A stretch of 64,000 nucleotides of DNA from positions 61,442,001 through 61,506,000 of the forward strand of contig OZ024747.1 in NCBI GenBank assembly GCA_964016885.1, written 5' to 3'. Positions 13,534 through 28,649 of the stretch are shown in pieces. The notes below the pieces were generated by a model. The model worked only from the letters and a program-made list of their open reading frames with translations, was not told the DNA's origin and made no database searches. Position numbers and translations under genes: made by a program. Numbering within the stretch: the first letter of the stretch is position 1; every line of letters begins with the position of its first letter. Source of the stretch: Eledone cirrhosa (Eukaryota).

Positions 13534-13574
13534 TGATATTAATAAATGAAAACTATATTTATAAAACCATATTT

Positions 13575-13633
13575 ATTTTATTATATATATTTCAAGGGTA
13601 CCAAAATTTTGGTACGCTCTCATCAGATAAAAT
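13575..13633 (-). ncRNA. Minimal type I hammerhead ribozyme
   Basis: Minus strand: attttat-CTGATGA-[gagcgtacc aaaatttt ggtaccctt]-GAAA-T-atat-ATA-ataaaat. Confidence 0.85.
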
Positions 13634-14209
13634 ACAAAATTTGTTTTATAAATGGTGACATAGCCAAGAAACAGACCTTATCGCTTCAGGTTCAGTTTGG
13701 ATAGTGAAAGAAAAATTTCAAATCTTTAGGATGAATATGTAAATGAGGTTGAAACGTAAGGCTGAAAAAAGATCGTTATATTTAGACGCTAAGTAAATTT
13801 AAATAATAATTAGGATAATTTATAAAGGGAAGAAGAAAAAAAAAAGAGAGGCTAATATTAATATTAGGGTGTAAGAAAATTTAAGGAATGATTATAAGAA
13901 AAAATTATAGTTAGAAATACACTATTATTATTAAGATAAAATTGTATGGATCATATCAGTGATGATGTAAAGAGAGTGATATAATTATATTTAATTATTT
14001 AATTATATAATCATATATTCTGGTTGTAACTATAAAATAATATAAGAGTTAAAAATGTGTTGAAGTGGTAGAATACCAATTAAAAGTTTTTTTAAATTGA
14101 GGTATACAGCTAATTATTGGATCTATTCAAATCATATATAAGTATATTTTAAGGTTGTAAGTATATTTTAGTTTATTGTATTACAACGGGTTATTTATAT
14201 AAGTATATA

Positions 14210-14554
14210 GGAGGCACATGGCTTAGTGGTTAGAGCATTGGCCTTGCAATCAAAAGGTTGTGAGTTAAATTCTCAGACTGGGTGATGTGTTGTTTCCTTG
14301 AGCAAGACACTTTATTTCACATTGCTCCAGTTTACTCAGCTGTAGAAATGAGATGATAGGGATTGGGGTCCATATCACTCCACTGCAAAGTGGTCGTGGA
14401 GGTGCCACGGCAAAAAAAGGCACCCAGCACTCACTGTAAATGAGGTTGGTGTTAGGAAGGGTATCCAGCTATAGAAATCAAGCCAGAATCAGTTCCCGTC
14501 CCACCCTAGCAAGTAGGGAAAAGCGGACATAAAATGAAATGATGATGATGATGA
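14210..14554 (+). mobile_element. SINE family A, full length
   Basis: Close match to 8183-8524. Confidence 0.85.
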
Positions 14555-14658
14555 TTTATATAAATATTTTTGGTGAATACCAATTTAAAATTTTTAAAAA
14601 TTGACATATACAACTAATTATTGGATCTATTCAAACATATATATATACACTCACATAA

Positions 14659-14703
<45 letters not shown>

Positions 14704-15301
14704 TCATATTTATATATATAAATCATGCTAGCATGGAAGATGGACATTAAATGATGATGATGATGATGATGCGCATACAAAACTGCATGTATACATGCAT
14801 ACACACAGATGCCAGATGCACACACACCCACATATTATATATATTTATATTAAAAACCTACTACAGTCAGTAGGCATCTCTATCAAAACACCCCCCTCCC
14901 CCGTCCCACCACCTCCACCCCATCCACACCGCCCCTTTCAATGTAAAGTTATGTTGGTCCCACAACATCCAGGCCGAAACAAATGAGATCGTGTAGGTGT
15001 CACGACAAAAAAAAAAACACACAGTCCACGCTGTAAATGTGGCCGTGTAGGCAACACGGTAAAAACCTCCCAGCCCCACACTGTAAATGTGGTTGGTGTT
15101 AGGAAGGGCATCCAGCTGTAGAAAACCCGCCAGACAGTCCTATGCGAGCAAGACAACCACTCTTGCCTCAAGTGGGAAAACCCCCGTCCAAACCCATGCA
15201 AGCGTGGAACACGGACGCTAAACCTGATGATGATGATGATGATGATGATATATTTTATACATACATATATGTATATATATAAAAGTATATGCATATACAT
15301 A

Positions 15302-15500
15302 TAACACACACACACACACACAAATATATGGTGCCTTAACACACACACACACACAAATATATGGTGCCTTAACACACACACACACAAATATATGGTGCCT
15401 TAACACACACACACACAAATATATGGTGCCTTAACACACACACACACAAATACATGGTGCCTTAACACACACACACACACACAAATATATGGTGCCTTAA
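15302..15500. repeat. ~30-bp tandem repeat (CA)n-aaatatatggtgcctta
   Basis: About 6 direct copies. Confidence 0.85.
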
Positions 15501-15595
15501 ATCCAAAGACCATGAAAAGACTACTTTTTTAGAAACTTCTAGATACAAACAATCCAAGCATATTCTAATGAAATTACATAAGTAAACTGGGTTGA

Positions 15596-16590
15596 GTGGT
15601 GGTGGTGGTGGTGGTGGTGATAGTGGTGGTGTTGGTGGTGATAGTGGTGGTGTTGGTGGTGGTGATAGTGGTGGTGGTGATGGTGATAGTGGTGGTGGTG
15701 GTGATAGTGGTGGTGGTGGTGGTGGTGGTGGTGTTGGTGGTGATAGTGGTGGTGTTGGTGGTGGTGATAGTGGTGGTGGTGATGGTGATAGTGGTGGTGG
15801 TGGTGGTGGTGATAGTGGTGGTGGTGGTGGTGGTGGTGGTGATAGTTGTGGTGATGATGGTGATAGTAGTGGTGGTGGTAGTGGTGGTGGTGATTGTGGT
15901 AGTGGTGGTGGTGATAGTGGTGGTGGTGGTGGTGATAGTTGTGGTGGTGATGGTGATAGTAGTGGTGGTGGTAGTGGTGGTGGTGGTGGTGATTGTGGTA
16001 GTGGTGGTGGTGGTGGTGGTAAAGATGATGGCACTGATGGTAGTGGTGGTGGTGGTGATAGTGGTGGTGTTGGTGGTGGTGATAGTGGTGGTGGTGATGG
16101 CGATAGTGGTGGTGGTGGTGATAGTGGTGGTGGTGATGGTGATAGTGGTGGTGGTGGTGGTGGTGTTGGTGGTGGTGATAGTGGTGGTTGAGATAGTGGT
16201 GGTGGTGGTGGTACCTGTGTTTTGCAGAGATGATGACATTGATGATTGTCGTGTTGGTGGTTGTGGTAGTGATACTGATAATGGTGTTGTTAGTGATGGT
16301 GATGCTGGCAGTGATAGACATGTTGATAGTGATGATGCTGGGAACTATGATGTTGATGGTGGTGGTAGTGATGGTGATAATGTTGATGATGATGATGGCA
16401 GCGATGGTGATGATGTTGATGGTGGTGGTAGTGATGGTGATAATGTTGATGATGACGGCAGCGATGGTGATGATGTTGATGATGATGGCAGCGATGGTGA
16501 TGATGTTGATGGTGGTGGTAGTGATGGTGATAATGTTGATGATGATGATGGCAGAGATGGTGATGATGGTGATGATGATGTTACTAGTGA
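15596..16590. repeat. GGT/GAT compound microsatellite
   Basis: Direct inspection. Confidence 0.9.
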
Positions 16591-16884
16591 TGTTCGTCTG
16601 CATGTTTTTTATTAATGCTATATTTTTTTTCTTGTCTTCTCAAAAATATTTTCCTTGCTTCCTCTTCTCTTCAGTAATTTAAAAATATTCACATTTGTTA
16701 TAAATTATATTTTTACTGGAACAATGATTTTATTCTTGCTTTTGTCTTTCTTTCTTCCATCTCTTTTATTTTGTTTCTTAATTTTAATTTTAAATTTAAA
16801 AAAAATATTTTCACAAATCAAATTGAAACTTTAAACGAACTTGTACAACTTTTAATCTCTTATCACATTTCTCCAATAAATCAA

Positions 16885-16916
<32 letters not shown>

Positions 16917-17303
16917 ATGTATATATATATATAGTCTATGTATTATTTAACTGTTATTTCTTTCTGTGTCTCTCTCTCCCTCTCTCTCTCTGTATATATA
17001 TATATATATATATATAGATGTAGAGAGAGAGAGAGAGTAAGAGAAATGGAAAGAGAGAGAGAAAAAATAACAGTTATAAATACATAGACTATATATATAT
17101 ATATATATATAAAGAGGAGGAGGCGGGGAGTAAGAGAGACAGAGATAAAATTTATATATACACAGACATAAATACATACATGTATGTTTGTATATGTATA
17201 AATCATAAGTTTATATATACATACAACTACATTCATGCACACGTAAATCAACGCACACATACACATATATATATAAAATATACATATATACTCACATTTA
17301 TAG

Positions 17304-17369
<66 letters not shown>

Positions 17370-17511
17370 ATATATATATAAGTATATATGTATATATGTA
17401 TATATATATATAGAGAGAGAGAAATCAAAATATATATTAACATTCATATTTACATAGATAGATAGATATGGACATATAAATGTATCTACACACACATATA
17501 TAAATATACGC

Positions 17512-17554
<43 letters not shown>

Positions 17555-17699
17555 TTTGTTTAACTTTTCTTAACATATCCACCACGATAACTCCATTACT
17601 CGATCACCCTTCATTGTATTTGTTAAATCATATCGCATCATTCTTTCTCATCACCCCCCGCCCGCTATTTAACACTCGGCCACCCCCCGCCCACCCCAC

Positions 17700-18672
17700 T
17701 AGTACCACTACTACTTCCACTACCACCATCACCACCACTACCACCACCATCACTACCACTACCACCATTACCACCACCAACATCACTACCACAACCACCA
17801 ACACCACCATCACTACCACTACCAGCACTTATCACCATTACTACCACCACCACCACGACTACTTCCACCACCACTACCACTACCACCACCATCACCATCA
17901 CCACCACTACCACCACCATCACTACCACTACCACCATTACCACCACCAACATCACTACCACAACCACCAACACCACCATCACTACCACTACCAGCACTTA
18001 CCACCATTACTACCACCACCACCACCACGACTACTTCCACCACCACTACCACTACCACCACCATCACCATCACCACCACTACCACCACCACCACCACGAC
18101 TACTTCCACCACCACTACCACTACCACCACCACCACTATCACCACCACTACCACCACCATCACTACCACTACCACCATTACCACCACCAACATCACTACC
18201 ACAACCACCAACACCACCATCACTACCACTACCAGCACTTACCACCATTACCACCACCACCACCACGACTACTTCCACCACCACTACCACTACCACCACC
18301 ATCACCACCACTACCACCACCATCACTACCACTACTACCATTACCACCACCAACATCACTACCACAACCACCAACACCACCATCACTACCACTACCAGCA
18401 CTTACCACCATTACCACCACCACCACCACGACTACTTCCACCACCACTACCACTACCACCACCATCACCATCACCACCACCACCATCACTACCACTACTA
18501 CCATTACCACCACCAACATCACTACCACAACCACCAACACCACCATCACTACCACTACCAGCACTTACCACCATCGCCACCACCACCACCACGACTACTT
18601 CCACCACCACTACCACCACCACAACCACTACCACCATTACCATCACTACCACAACCACTGACACCACCACAC
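17700..18672. repeat. CAC/TAC compound microsatellite with ~165-240-bp higher-order units
   Basis: accagcactta marks the unit ends at about 17825, 17995, 18235, 18400 and 18560. Confidence 0.9.
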
Positions 18673-20092
18673 TAACTTTCACTCTACCATTTCCAATACA
18701 ACTAATTCATTTATCATTGAACAGTTTCCATTTTGCCAGAAAATTCTATAGAGTTGTGACGAAACAGTCAAATTATTTTGGTCTATAAATAAATATTCCT
18801 CTCAAGACAAACTTCTACAGGTAGCAACAGAAATTGTGATACAGTCGAGTGAGACATTAAAAATAAAATCTTTAATTGTTTTTATATTTTTTTTGTTATT
18901 TTTCAAAATAATGCAACCCCTCACTTAACACCCTTCTCTTCCTCCTAGTAACTATCTTTCTGTCTCTCTGACCTTTTCTCTCTATGTTTAGGTGTTACTC
19001 TTAAATATATATAGTAGGCACCTCTTAACTCAATGTACACCCCCACCGCCACACCCTACTCCACCCTCCCTTTCCCGTTCCATCCACTGTGTCGACGACA
19101 CAACAGTCCACACTGTAAGGTGGTTCGTGTAGGAGACACAGTGAAAAGGCTCCCAGTCCACACTGTAAATGTGGTTGGTGTTAAGAAGGGCATCCATCTG
19201 TAAAAAAAATCTGCCAGAGATGCTTCCGTGAGAGTGAGACATGGTCTCTAGACCATTCCTGCATTAAATGGAACAAAACCATCTAAACCATGCTAGCGTG
19301 GAAAATGGACATTAAACAATGATGATAATGATATATATATATATCAGACCCGATCACCCAATCAATCTTGCCTCAAGTGAACAATTCCCGTCTAAACCAT
19401 GCTAGTGTGGAAGATAAACGTTAAATGATGATGATGATATACACACACACACACAGACACATATATATACTAGACCTGAAAAATGCGCAAGCTCAAAAGA
19501 GCCACAGAATGTTATAAAAGTGTGGGACTAGAGTTGTTGCTCAAAAATATTGTAATCATTATCTATCGTACACACTGTGGCATCCTTTTATAAAAAAGGG
19601 ACTCATAACGAACTCAAGACGACATGATTATTATTTAAGCTAATGTTCAATATCTCATATTAGATGTTTAGTAATGATTAATACGAAATGCACTTAAACC
19701 GAATTCTATATTATAAATTCACTTAAATAATTATCGTGTCGTCTTGAGTTCATTATGAGTCTTTTTTTTATAAAAGGATGCCACAGAGTGTGCGATCGAT
19801 AATGATTACAATATTTTTGAGCAACAACTCTAGTCCCAAACTTTTGAAGGTTTATTATAACATTCTGTGGCTCTTTTGAGCTGGCGCATTTTTCAGGTCT
19901 AGTTTAATATTTTTTTAAGGCAACGCTTGTAATAACTCTAGTTAAACATGATATATATTAATAATACATTATCGTTGTAATGTAATTAGATTATATAATT
20001 GTTATTTTATAAATGATCTTATAAATATTATTGTAAGATGTATAAAAATATTTTCAGACTTTTAATATAAACAACTACAAAAAACAATCAAT

Positions 20093-20275
20093 CGGTGGAT
20101 TTGCAGTATCGGTAGAGGGTTGGATGCCATGCTTTCCAGCATAGTTACGTCCCTTTACGATCTGAGTTCAAATCCCGCCGAGGTTGACTTTGCCTTTCAC
20201 CCTTACGGGGTTGATAAAATAAAGTACCAGTAATGAACTGGGTAATTGCTGGCCTTGTGCCTAAAGTAGAAACAA
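20093..20275 (+). mobile_element. SINE family B
   Basis: Full match to 2572-2759. Confidence 0.8.
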
Positions 20276-21081
20276 ATATTAAATAAATATATTTTACATA
20301 ATAATTGTTATAGTTGAATTAATAAAAATTAAATATTACATACAAATAGTCTAACATAATAATAAAAAAATAATCTAACATAATAATAATAAAAAAATAA
20401 TCTAACATAAAGCAAACAATAATATGGACAAATATACAAGTAAATATGATACAACCAATATTATAAGCATGTTATAACGAACTGAAAAAAAAAATTAATA
20501 TAAATTTAAAAAATCATATATAAATTAACAATATAATTTACCAAAACGAGAAAAATATTTTGATGATAAATGACGAAATACAGGAGGAAGATTCGAAAGC
20601 GAAACGATAAATAAATGTGCAAACAAAATGGTGGATGCTTTTGAGCAACAATTACTCTCATTTGTTGATTAGCCAATAAGACGATGAAATTAGCCAATAA
20701 GACGATACATTACAAAACATGTTTGGCACGGCCAGCAACACCCTTTGAATTTTTTTATTCACAAGCTACGCATATATGTCAGACACGCAGACTTAAAACA
20801 TTCTGTTGTTAGTCACTGCGTGTCTAACAGATAATGTTGTAGTTTACTTGAAGCATTGTATATAATATATTATATAATGTAGAAAATGATATAAGGCTAA
20901 ACAATGCAAAATGGTCATTAAGACGGAGGTAACAAAAAATCTAATTACCTGGTAATCTTTGTTTTTGTTGCTGTTGTTTCTTTTGTCCTAATATTTTGAG
21001 ACTTAAATTCCCTTATTCAGAGTTTAAGGAACTCAGAGGAAACTGTTCCGTTTTCTTCTCTGAGTTTCTGTATGTATGGAT

Positions 21082-21420
21082 ATCATCATCATCATCATTT
21101 TACGTTCGCTTTTCCCTGCTTGCAAGGGTGGGACGGGAACTGATTCTGGCTTGATTTCTACAGCTGGATGCCTTCTAACACCAACCTCATTTACAGTGAG
21201 TGCTGGGTGCTTTTTTGCTGTGGCACCTCCATGACCACTTTGCAGTGGAATGATAGGGACTGGGGTCCCTATCATCTCCTTTCTACAGCTGAGTAAACTG
21301 GAGCAACTTGAAATAAAGTGTCTTGCTCAAGGAAACAACACATCACCCGGTCTGAGAAATAAACTCACAACTTTTCGATTGCAAGGCCAATGCTCTAACC
21401 ACTAAGTCATATGCCTCCAT
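21082..21420 (-). mobile_element. SINE family A, full length
   Basis: Reverse complement of the family A consensus. Confidence 0.85.
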
Positions 21421-21624
21421 ATATATATATGTGAATATGTATGTATATATATATATTATAAAATATGTAATTATAGTGTAGTACTTAACTATTTTCTTTG
21501 ATAAGAAGCTCGAAGCTCTATACACATTACAGTCCATGCATAGAAATGGAAGAATACATATAATTTCATATACTGGATTTCTTTATAATATTGTACACAC
21601 ACACACATATATAAATATATATAT

Positions 21625-21735
<111 letters not shown>

Positions 21736-21819
21736 TTGATGAATGGAGGATTGGCTAGGTAAGTAGATTGATTGATATATAAATAGATGAATGGATGGAT
21801 GGATATAGATACAGTTATC

Positions 21820-21854
<35 letters not shown>

Positions 21855-21927
21855 CCAGTCAGTATGTATGCCTATCTGTCTTTATATCTATTCTATCAAC
21901 CTACCTCCCTATCTTTCTCTCTATAAC

Positions 21928-21958
<31 letters not shown>

Positions 21959-22329
21959 CATCCATCTATATTTGTCTGTATTTCTAGAATCTAGAAGTGA
22001 ACACTCCTTAAATTTTATTACATTACAATATTTCCAAATCACACTTGTTAAAATAAAACTTTCACATCAGGCTGATCTCATTTAATACTGACAAATTTTA
22101 GTTAATTTAATTGGAAGAAAAACATTAGCAAATTAGAATAGTTTAGATATTTTCCTTTGTTTCCACTTTCATCCCCAACCATTCTCTTCAGCCATGGATA
22201 ATGTATGTTATTTAATTAAATATTTAAATTAGATGAATAATGTGATAAATTCTGGTTTATAAATATATAGAAGATGGAGAAAAAAAAAATATATGTATGT
22301 GTGTCTGTCTGTATATATGTATGTATATG

Positions 22330-22372
<43 letters not shown>

Positions 22373-22452
22373 ATGTATATGTATGTATATATATATGTAT
22401 ATGTATATATGTATATATATATGTATACGTATGTGTATATATATATGTATAA

Positions 22453-22484
<32 letters not shown>

Positions 22485-22525
22485 GTATATATATAAATGT
22501 CTATATATATGCATGTATATATATG

Positions 22526-22589
<64 letters not shown>

Positions 22590-23641
22590 TGTATGTGTAT
22601 ATATATGATGATATTGTATGTGTATATATATATGATGATATTATAGATATTATATGTGTGTGAGTACATCTATACACATATACAGATTTATTTGTTTGTT
22701 CTGCTGTATCTTGTTTAAATTTTATCATATTAAAAATTACTTTAACTATTGAATATCTTAGTTCCATACCAACAACTTCTCATTATACTTAGTTTATTAT
22801 GTGTTGGTTATTTTCATGTAAGAATACAATTACTCATACTTTTCTCTCTCTTAATGTATATTTGTGTGTCAGTGAATATATGTTAGTGTATGTGTGAATA
22901 TATGTATGTGTATGAATGTATGTATGTGTGTGAATGTATGTATGTGTGTGAATGAATGTTTGTGTGTGAATGTATGTATGTCTGTGAATGCATGTTAGTG
23001 TGTGTGTGTGAATATATATATATATATGTGTTTGTGTGTGAATGTATGTTTCTGGATGTATATTGTGTGTCTGTCAATATATGTATATGTGTGAATGTAT
23101 GTTTGTGTGTGTATATGTGTGAATGTATGTGAATGTATGTTTGTGTGTGTTTGAATATATGTATGTGTGTGAATGTATGTATGTGTGTGAATGTATGATT
23201 GTGTTACTGTGTGTAAATGTTTGTTTGAGTGTATATATATATATATATATTTATTTATGTATGTAGGTAGGTAGATATATATGTATATTTTTGTATGCAT
23301 CTATGTATGTAGTTATATATGTATGTGTATATTTGGTATGTATTTATATATTTATGTATTTACCTATTCCCCTTTTTAATTGTATATATATATATATACA
23401 AATATACATTCACACATACATATATACATTTACCCATATACATATATACATTTATACACATATATACATATATACACATCTTGCAAGCAAGGAAAGGCGG
23501 ACGTAAAATGATGACGATGATGATGATGATGTTATACATATATACATATATACATATGTATACATATATACACATATATATACATATATATTCTTTATGA
23601 TCAACGTTCGTCAAACTTTTCAATTATTAATCTATCGGTCG

Positions 23642-24090
23642 CAACGTGAAATAAAGTGTCTTGCTCAAGGACATAACGCATCGCCTGGTCTGGGAATCGA
23701 ACTCACAACCTCACGATTGCGAATCCAATTCTCTAACCAGTCAGCTACACGCCTTCACATACATATATATATATGTATATATCTTTGCGTTTCGCTTCGC
23801 CATTCCTGCCCGCCAAAATGCGATTCTCGCATTTTACGTCCGCTTTTTCCCTGCTTGCAAGGGTGGGACGGGAACTGATTCTGGCTTGATTTCTACAGCT
23901 GGATGCCCTTCTTAACACCAACCTCATTTACAGTGAGTGCTGGGTGCTTTTTTGCCGTGGCACCTCCACGACCACTTTGCAGTGGAATGATAGGGACCCC
24001 AGTCCCTATCATCTCATTTCTACAGCTGAGTAAACTGGAGCAATGTGAAATAAAGTGTCTTGTTCAAGGAAACAACACATCACCCGGTCT
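23642..24090 (-). mobile_element. Two SINE family A pieces (head 23642-23759; body and tail 23830-24090)
   Basis: Direct similarity to 1652-1772 and 21082-21420. Confidence 0.75.
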
Positions 24091-24107
24091 TATATATATA
24101 TATATAT

Positions 24108-24635
24108 AGGCATAAGAAGAATCAGGTGCAGTGTGCAAGAATCGAGATTGCGTTGGTATGGGCATGTGATGCTTATGAAGGACTACATTTGTATAAAAAG
24201 GTGCAGAGCACTCAAAGTCGATGAAAGCCTTGGAGTGAGGAGACTCAGGAAGACTTGGGACGAGGTGATAAAACCTGAAATTGCCCAATTGCACCTCTCA
24301 AAGACAATGACACAGGTCCAAGATCTCTGTTGTTACAGAAGACCTGACTTCGCATGGGCACAGGCCATAGCTGAAGCATATATATAGTATGCACCACCCC
24401 ACACAATCCACTGCCATAAGAACAGGCTGAACTATACATCCAGTGAAACCTCCACACTGTAAAGTGGTCGTGTAGGTGTCACGATAAAAAGCACCCAGTA
24501 CTCACTGTAAATGAGGTTGGCTTTAGGAAGGGCATCCAACTAGAAACTATGCCATCAGTTCTGGATAACTTGTCTAACCCATGCTAGTGCAGAAAAATGG
24601 ACATTAAACAGTGGTGATGATGAAGATGATGATAA
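24108..24635 (+). mobile_element. RTE-type LINE 3' end and 3' UTR
   Basis: RLRWYGHV...RRLRKTWDEVI C-terminal motif, followed by the shared tail and (GAT)n. Confidence 0.75.
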
Positions 24636-24844
24636 TACACATATATATTTAGGATCCCCTTTGGTCACTATTGACCATGGGATTTACATCTAGAAAGTTC
24701 CTCTCCAAGGCACAAGTCCGAGCAAGGTTTGTTTGTGGAAGACCAATAGTCGCTCATGCATATCAGTCTCCCTTCTCCATCCCACCAATGTTGCTCAAGG
24801 GAAAGGCAATAGATGATACAGCTTGGTACTAATGACATCACAAC

Positions 24845-24977
24845 TTATTTCTACAGCTGAGTAAACTGGAGCAACATAAAATAAAGTTTCTTGCTCAAGG
24901 ACACAACACATCACCCGAAACCACAACCTCCTGATTGCAAGCTCAATGCTCTAACCACTAAGCCATGCGCCTTCACA
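24845..24977 (-). mobile_element. SINE family A head
   Basis: ctctaaccactaagccatgcgccttcac is the reverse complement of the head. Confidence 0.7.
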
Positions 24978-25204
24978 CTTATATATATATATACATATAT
25001 ATCTATATACATACAATAAATATTTTTCATATGTAAACGAAACTTTCTTGTTATCGATAAAAGGCCTTGGGTGCATCGCTGATTGCTTTTAGATGTCCTG
25101 TAATAAGCGCCAAAACATCTATGATCTCGGTTTACAGCTGATGGAGGATTTCTTCTCTTGTTTCGTCCATACTACCATCTTAAACTATATATATATATAT
25201 ATAT

Positions 25205-25792
25205 ATGGTATGGTCACGTGATGCGCATGAAGGATGATAGCTGTATAACAAAGTGCAGGGCAATAAAGATAGACGGTAGCCACGGAATAGGCAGACCCAG
25301 AAAAACCTGGGACGAGCTGATAAACACCGACCTCACACACTTACACCTCACCAAGACAATGTCACTGGACCGAGACCTTTGGCGGTACTCAGTAATAGAG
25401 AAGACCCGCCTTGCCAGTAGGCATCTCTAACAAAATACACCACGTCCCACCACCACAACCCCCACCCCATCCACACCACCCCGTTCTATGTAAAGTTATG
25501 TTGGTGCCGCGCCATCCAGGCCGAAACAAATGAGATCGTGTAGGTGTCACGACAAAAAAACACACAGTCCACGCTGTAATGTGGCCGTGTAGGCAACACG
25601 GTAAAAACCTCCCAGACCCACACTGTAAATGTGGTTGGTGTTAGGAAGGGCATCCAACTGTAGAAAACCTGCCAGACAGTCCTATGCGAGCAAGAAAATC
25701 ACTCTTGCCTCAAGTGGGACTACCCCCGTCCAAACCCATGCAAGCGTGGAACACGGACGTTAAACGTTGATGATGATGATGATGATGATGAT
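25205..25792 (+). mobile_element. RTE-type LINE 3' end with complete 3' UTR
   Basis: WYGHVMRM...GRPRKTWDELI...DRDLWR then stop. The UTR ends in (GAT)n, and UTR-only copies lie at 14890-15248 and 61520-61818. Confidence 0.82.
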
Positions 25793-26036
25793 ATATTTAT
25801 ATATAGGAAAATATTCAGGAACCCGACGGCTGAACTTTGGCCATTTCGAAAGCTAGATCTTTTCCTATTATCCACTCTACTACCCTAAATATCGAGTACT
25901 CTGGTACGTTATGGTCCACCTGGTTCTTTACCACACTTCCCGACATTATATATATATATATACACACACACATATATGTATATATAATATATTATATATT
26001 ATATATACATATATGTGTGTGTATATATATATATGT

Positions 26037-26378
26037 ATCATCATCATCATCATTTCATTTTATGTCCAATTTTCCCTGCTTGCAAGGGTGGGACGGGAAC
26101 TGATTCTGGCATGATTTCTACGGCTGGATGCCCTTCCTAACACCAACCTCATTTACAGAGAGTAGTGGGTACTTTTTTGCTGTGGCACCTCCACGACCAC
26201 TTTGCAGTGGAATGATAGAGACCCCAGTCCCTCTCATCTCATTTCTACAGCTGAGTAAATTGGAGCAATGTGAAATAAAGTGTCTTGCTCAGGGAAACAT
26301 CACATCACCCGGTCTGAGAATTGAACTCACAACCTTTCGATTGCAAGGCCAATGCTCTAACCACTAAGCCATGTGCCT
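26037..26378 (-). mobile_element. SINE family A, full length
   Basis: Reverse complement of the family A consensus. Confidence 0.85.
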
Positions 26379-26579
26379 ATATATATGCCACTTATATATG
26401 CCACTTGTATATATATATATTTGTGTGTCTATATATATATATATGTGTGTGTGAGTATATATATGTATATATATATATATATATATACATATATATACTC
26501 ACACACACATATATATATATATAGACAGCAAATAGAATGAAATGGTCAGACAGCAAATAGAATGAAATGAAATTACAAA

Positions 26580-26637
<58 letters not shown>

Positions 26638-27785
26638 TTTGTAATTTCATTTCATTCTATTTGCTGTCTGACCAGCAATACATGGTGTTGTTGTTGTTGA
26701 TGATGTCATAATCAATAATTATATCTACTCTTATTATTGTATTGATAAAAATAAACAACTTCCTTCACTGCATCTCATTAATGACCATCATGTCTTATTT
26801 TTGAATTAACACTGTTTGGATAGCAACTTATATGGCTGATTAACCCTTTCATTACTATATATCATATATATATATATATATATATATGAGAGACGTAAAA
26901 TAAGAAAATTATAAAAATTAACTTACTTACTAAAATTTCACTCCAACTAATTAGTTTCTGAAAGGGAATAAACAAGCTTTCCGAAGAAACGCTCGGAGAA
27001 GTCCTTTCGTTATCAGGGAAGTCTATTCTCAGCTAAGTTTCCAGGCAATGCGTGGACACAGGGAGCTGTCTTCTTAACAAACCACTCCTCACTGATTAAC
27101 CTCGATGTCACGTGATTGATTCTTTTGAATTTGCCACTGACCCAGTAGGCAGTGATTTTTTTTCAATGTCTTGGAACTTAGTCCACGCTTTGCTTTTTTC
27201 CATCCACTGAATTATTTTTGTATAAGTTCCCTGTGTCCACGCATTGCCTGGAAACTTAGCTGAGAATAGACTTCCCTGATGACGAAAGGACTTCTCCGAG
27301 CGTTTCTTCAGAAACCTTGTTTATTCCCTTTCAGAAACTAATTAGTTGGAGTGAAATTTTAGTAAGTTAATTTTTATAATTTTCTTATTTTACGTCTTTC
27401 ATATTATTGTTCTGCATCCCCATGCATTGAACCACAAAGACAAAACCTATATATTTGCTGGCATAGGTATGCATCTGTATATATATGTTAGTAGATATAC
27501 TAATTCTTTATATATATATATATATATATAGGAACCAGTAAGACCCCGACAGCTGAGCTCAAGCCGTTTCGACGGCTAATTCTGAGTCCAGAATTAGCCG
27601 TCGAAACGGCTTGAGCTCAGCTGTCGGGGTCTTACTGGTTCCTATTACCCACTCTACTACCTCAAGTATTGAGTACTTTGGTGCGTTATGGTCCACCTGG
27701 TTCCTTACCACATTTCCTTCGTTATATATATATATATATAGTCATGAAGCATAAGTCAATTGCATGAACTCATAATCCTTTATTT

Positions 27786-27841
27786 ACTGCTATATATATT
27801 TCGATGATAGCCATTGAATGGCTATGACCTCATCAGGCAGT
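27786..27841 (-). ncRNA. Minimal type I hammerhead ribozyme
   Basis: Minus strand: actgc-CTGATGA-[ggtcatagccat tca atggctatcatc]-GAAA-T-atat-ATA-gcagt. Confidence 0.85.
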
Positions 27842-27959
27842 TAGTCAGTTCTTAGATATGCCAGCTCTCTGTGTATAGTGTTGATGGTATCAGAGCCTTG
27901 GGACATATATATATATGTATAAGAACAAGAAATTAACAGATGGTTAAAAAAGTTCCATG

Positions 27960-28030
27960 TATTTTATTATGCGCATCTCAAAAACAAATATCATCCAGGG
28001 ACGATATTTGCGTTCTCGTCAGATAAAATA
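27960..28030 (-). ncRNA. Degenerate hammerhead, same family as 2816-2886
   Basis: CTGACGA core and the same stems, but GAAA has mutated to GAGA. Confidence 0.65.
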
Positions 28031-28268
28031 GGGAGTCATGATATGAAGCTTAAAAAGAACACTTGTGAGCAAGGTAGTGTCTAAACAACATATGATAAAT
28101 AAATTTAAAAGGATATAGGAGATTGGAAAAAAGGAAAGGAAGGGGAGAAGGGTAAGGAAGATGAAGAAAGGAAAAAGAAAAAAGAAGGAAAGGATAAAGG
28201 AGGAAGATTATAAGGAGGAGGAAGGAGAGAGAAAGTGCTACAATAATTGTGCTAAAATAAAACTCACC

Positions 28269-28325
<57 letters not shown>

Positions 28326-28611
28326 TAGGAAAAGAATGACTTCACTTGTAGTTCTAAACAATTTAATTTAATTTTATAATATTATAATTTTACAATTTGA
28401 TTTGGTAGATCTAGTAAGTTCTTTATTAACTTCGGTGGGGAGACTTTTTAAAGATTTTTGCTTAACTTTTCTGGAGAAATTTCTCGCATTTGTATTTGCC
28501 GGTGGCGATTGTCAAACTGATTTTGTACCAAGGATTTCACACATTTTCCAATATATGTATATATGTATATATATATATTTTACATATTTGACTTTATTTA
28601 TTTATTATTTG

Positions 28612-28649
<38 letters not shown>

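Larger units (their letters stand above)
13232..14208. mobile_element. Two convergent Penelope-like 3' ends of one family meeting at a (TA)n tract
   Basis: About 13260-13405 and 13535-13665 are diverged reverse complements, each with a hammerhead. Further copies lie at 33099-33716 and 51148-51309. Confidence 0.6.

Noticed and set aside
15462-18682. Poly-His, Pro, Thr, Gly and Val ORFs
   Set aside because: Trinucleotide microsatellites that are open in most frames, with no non-repetitive coding context.
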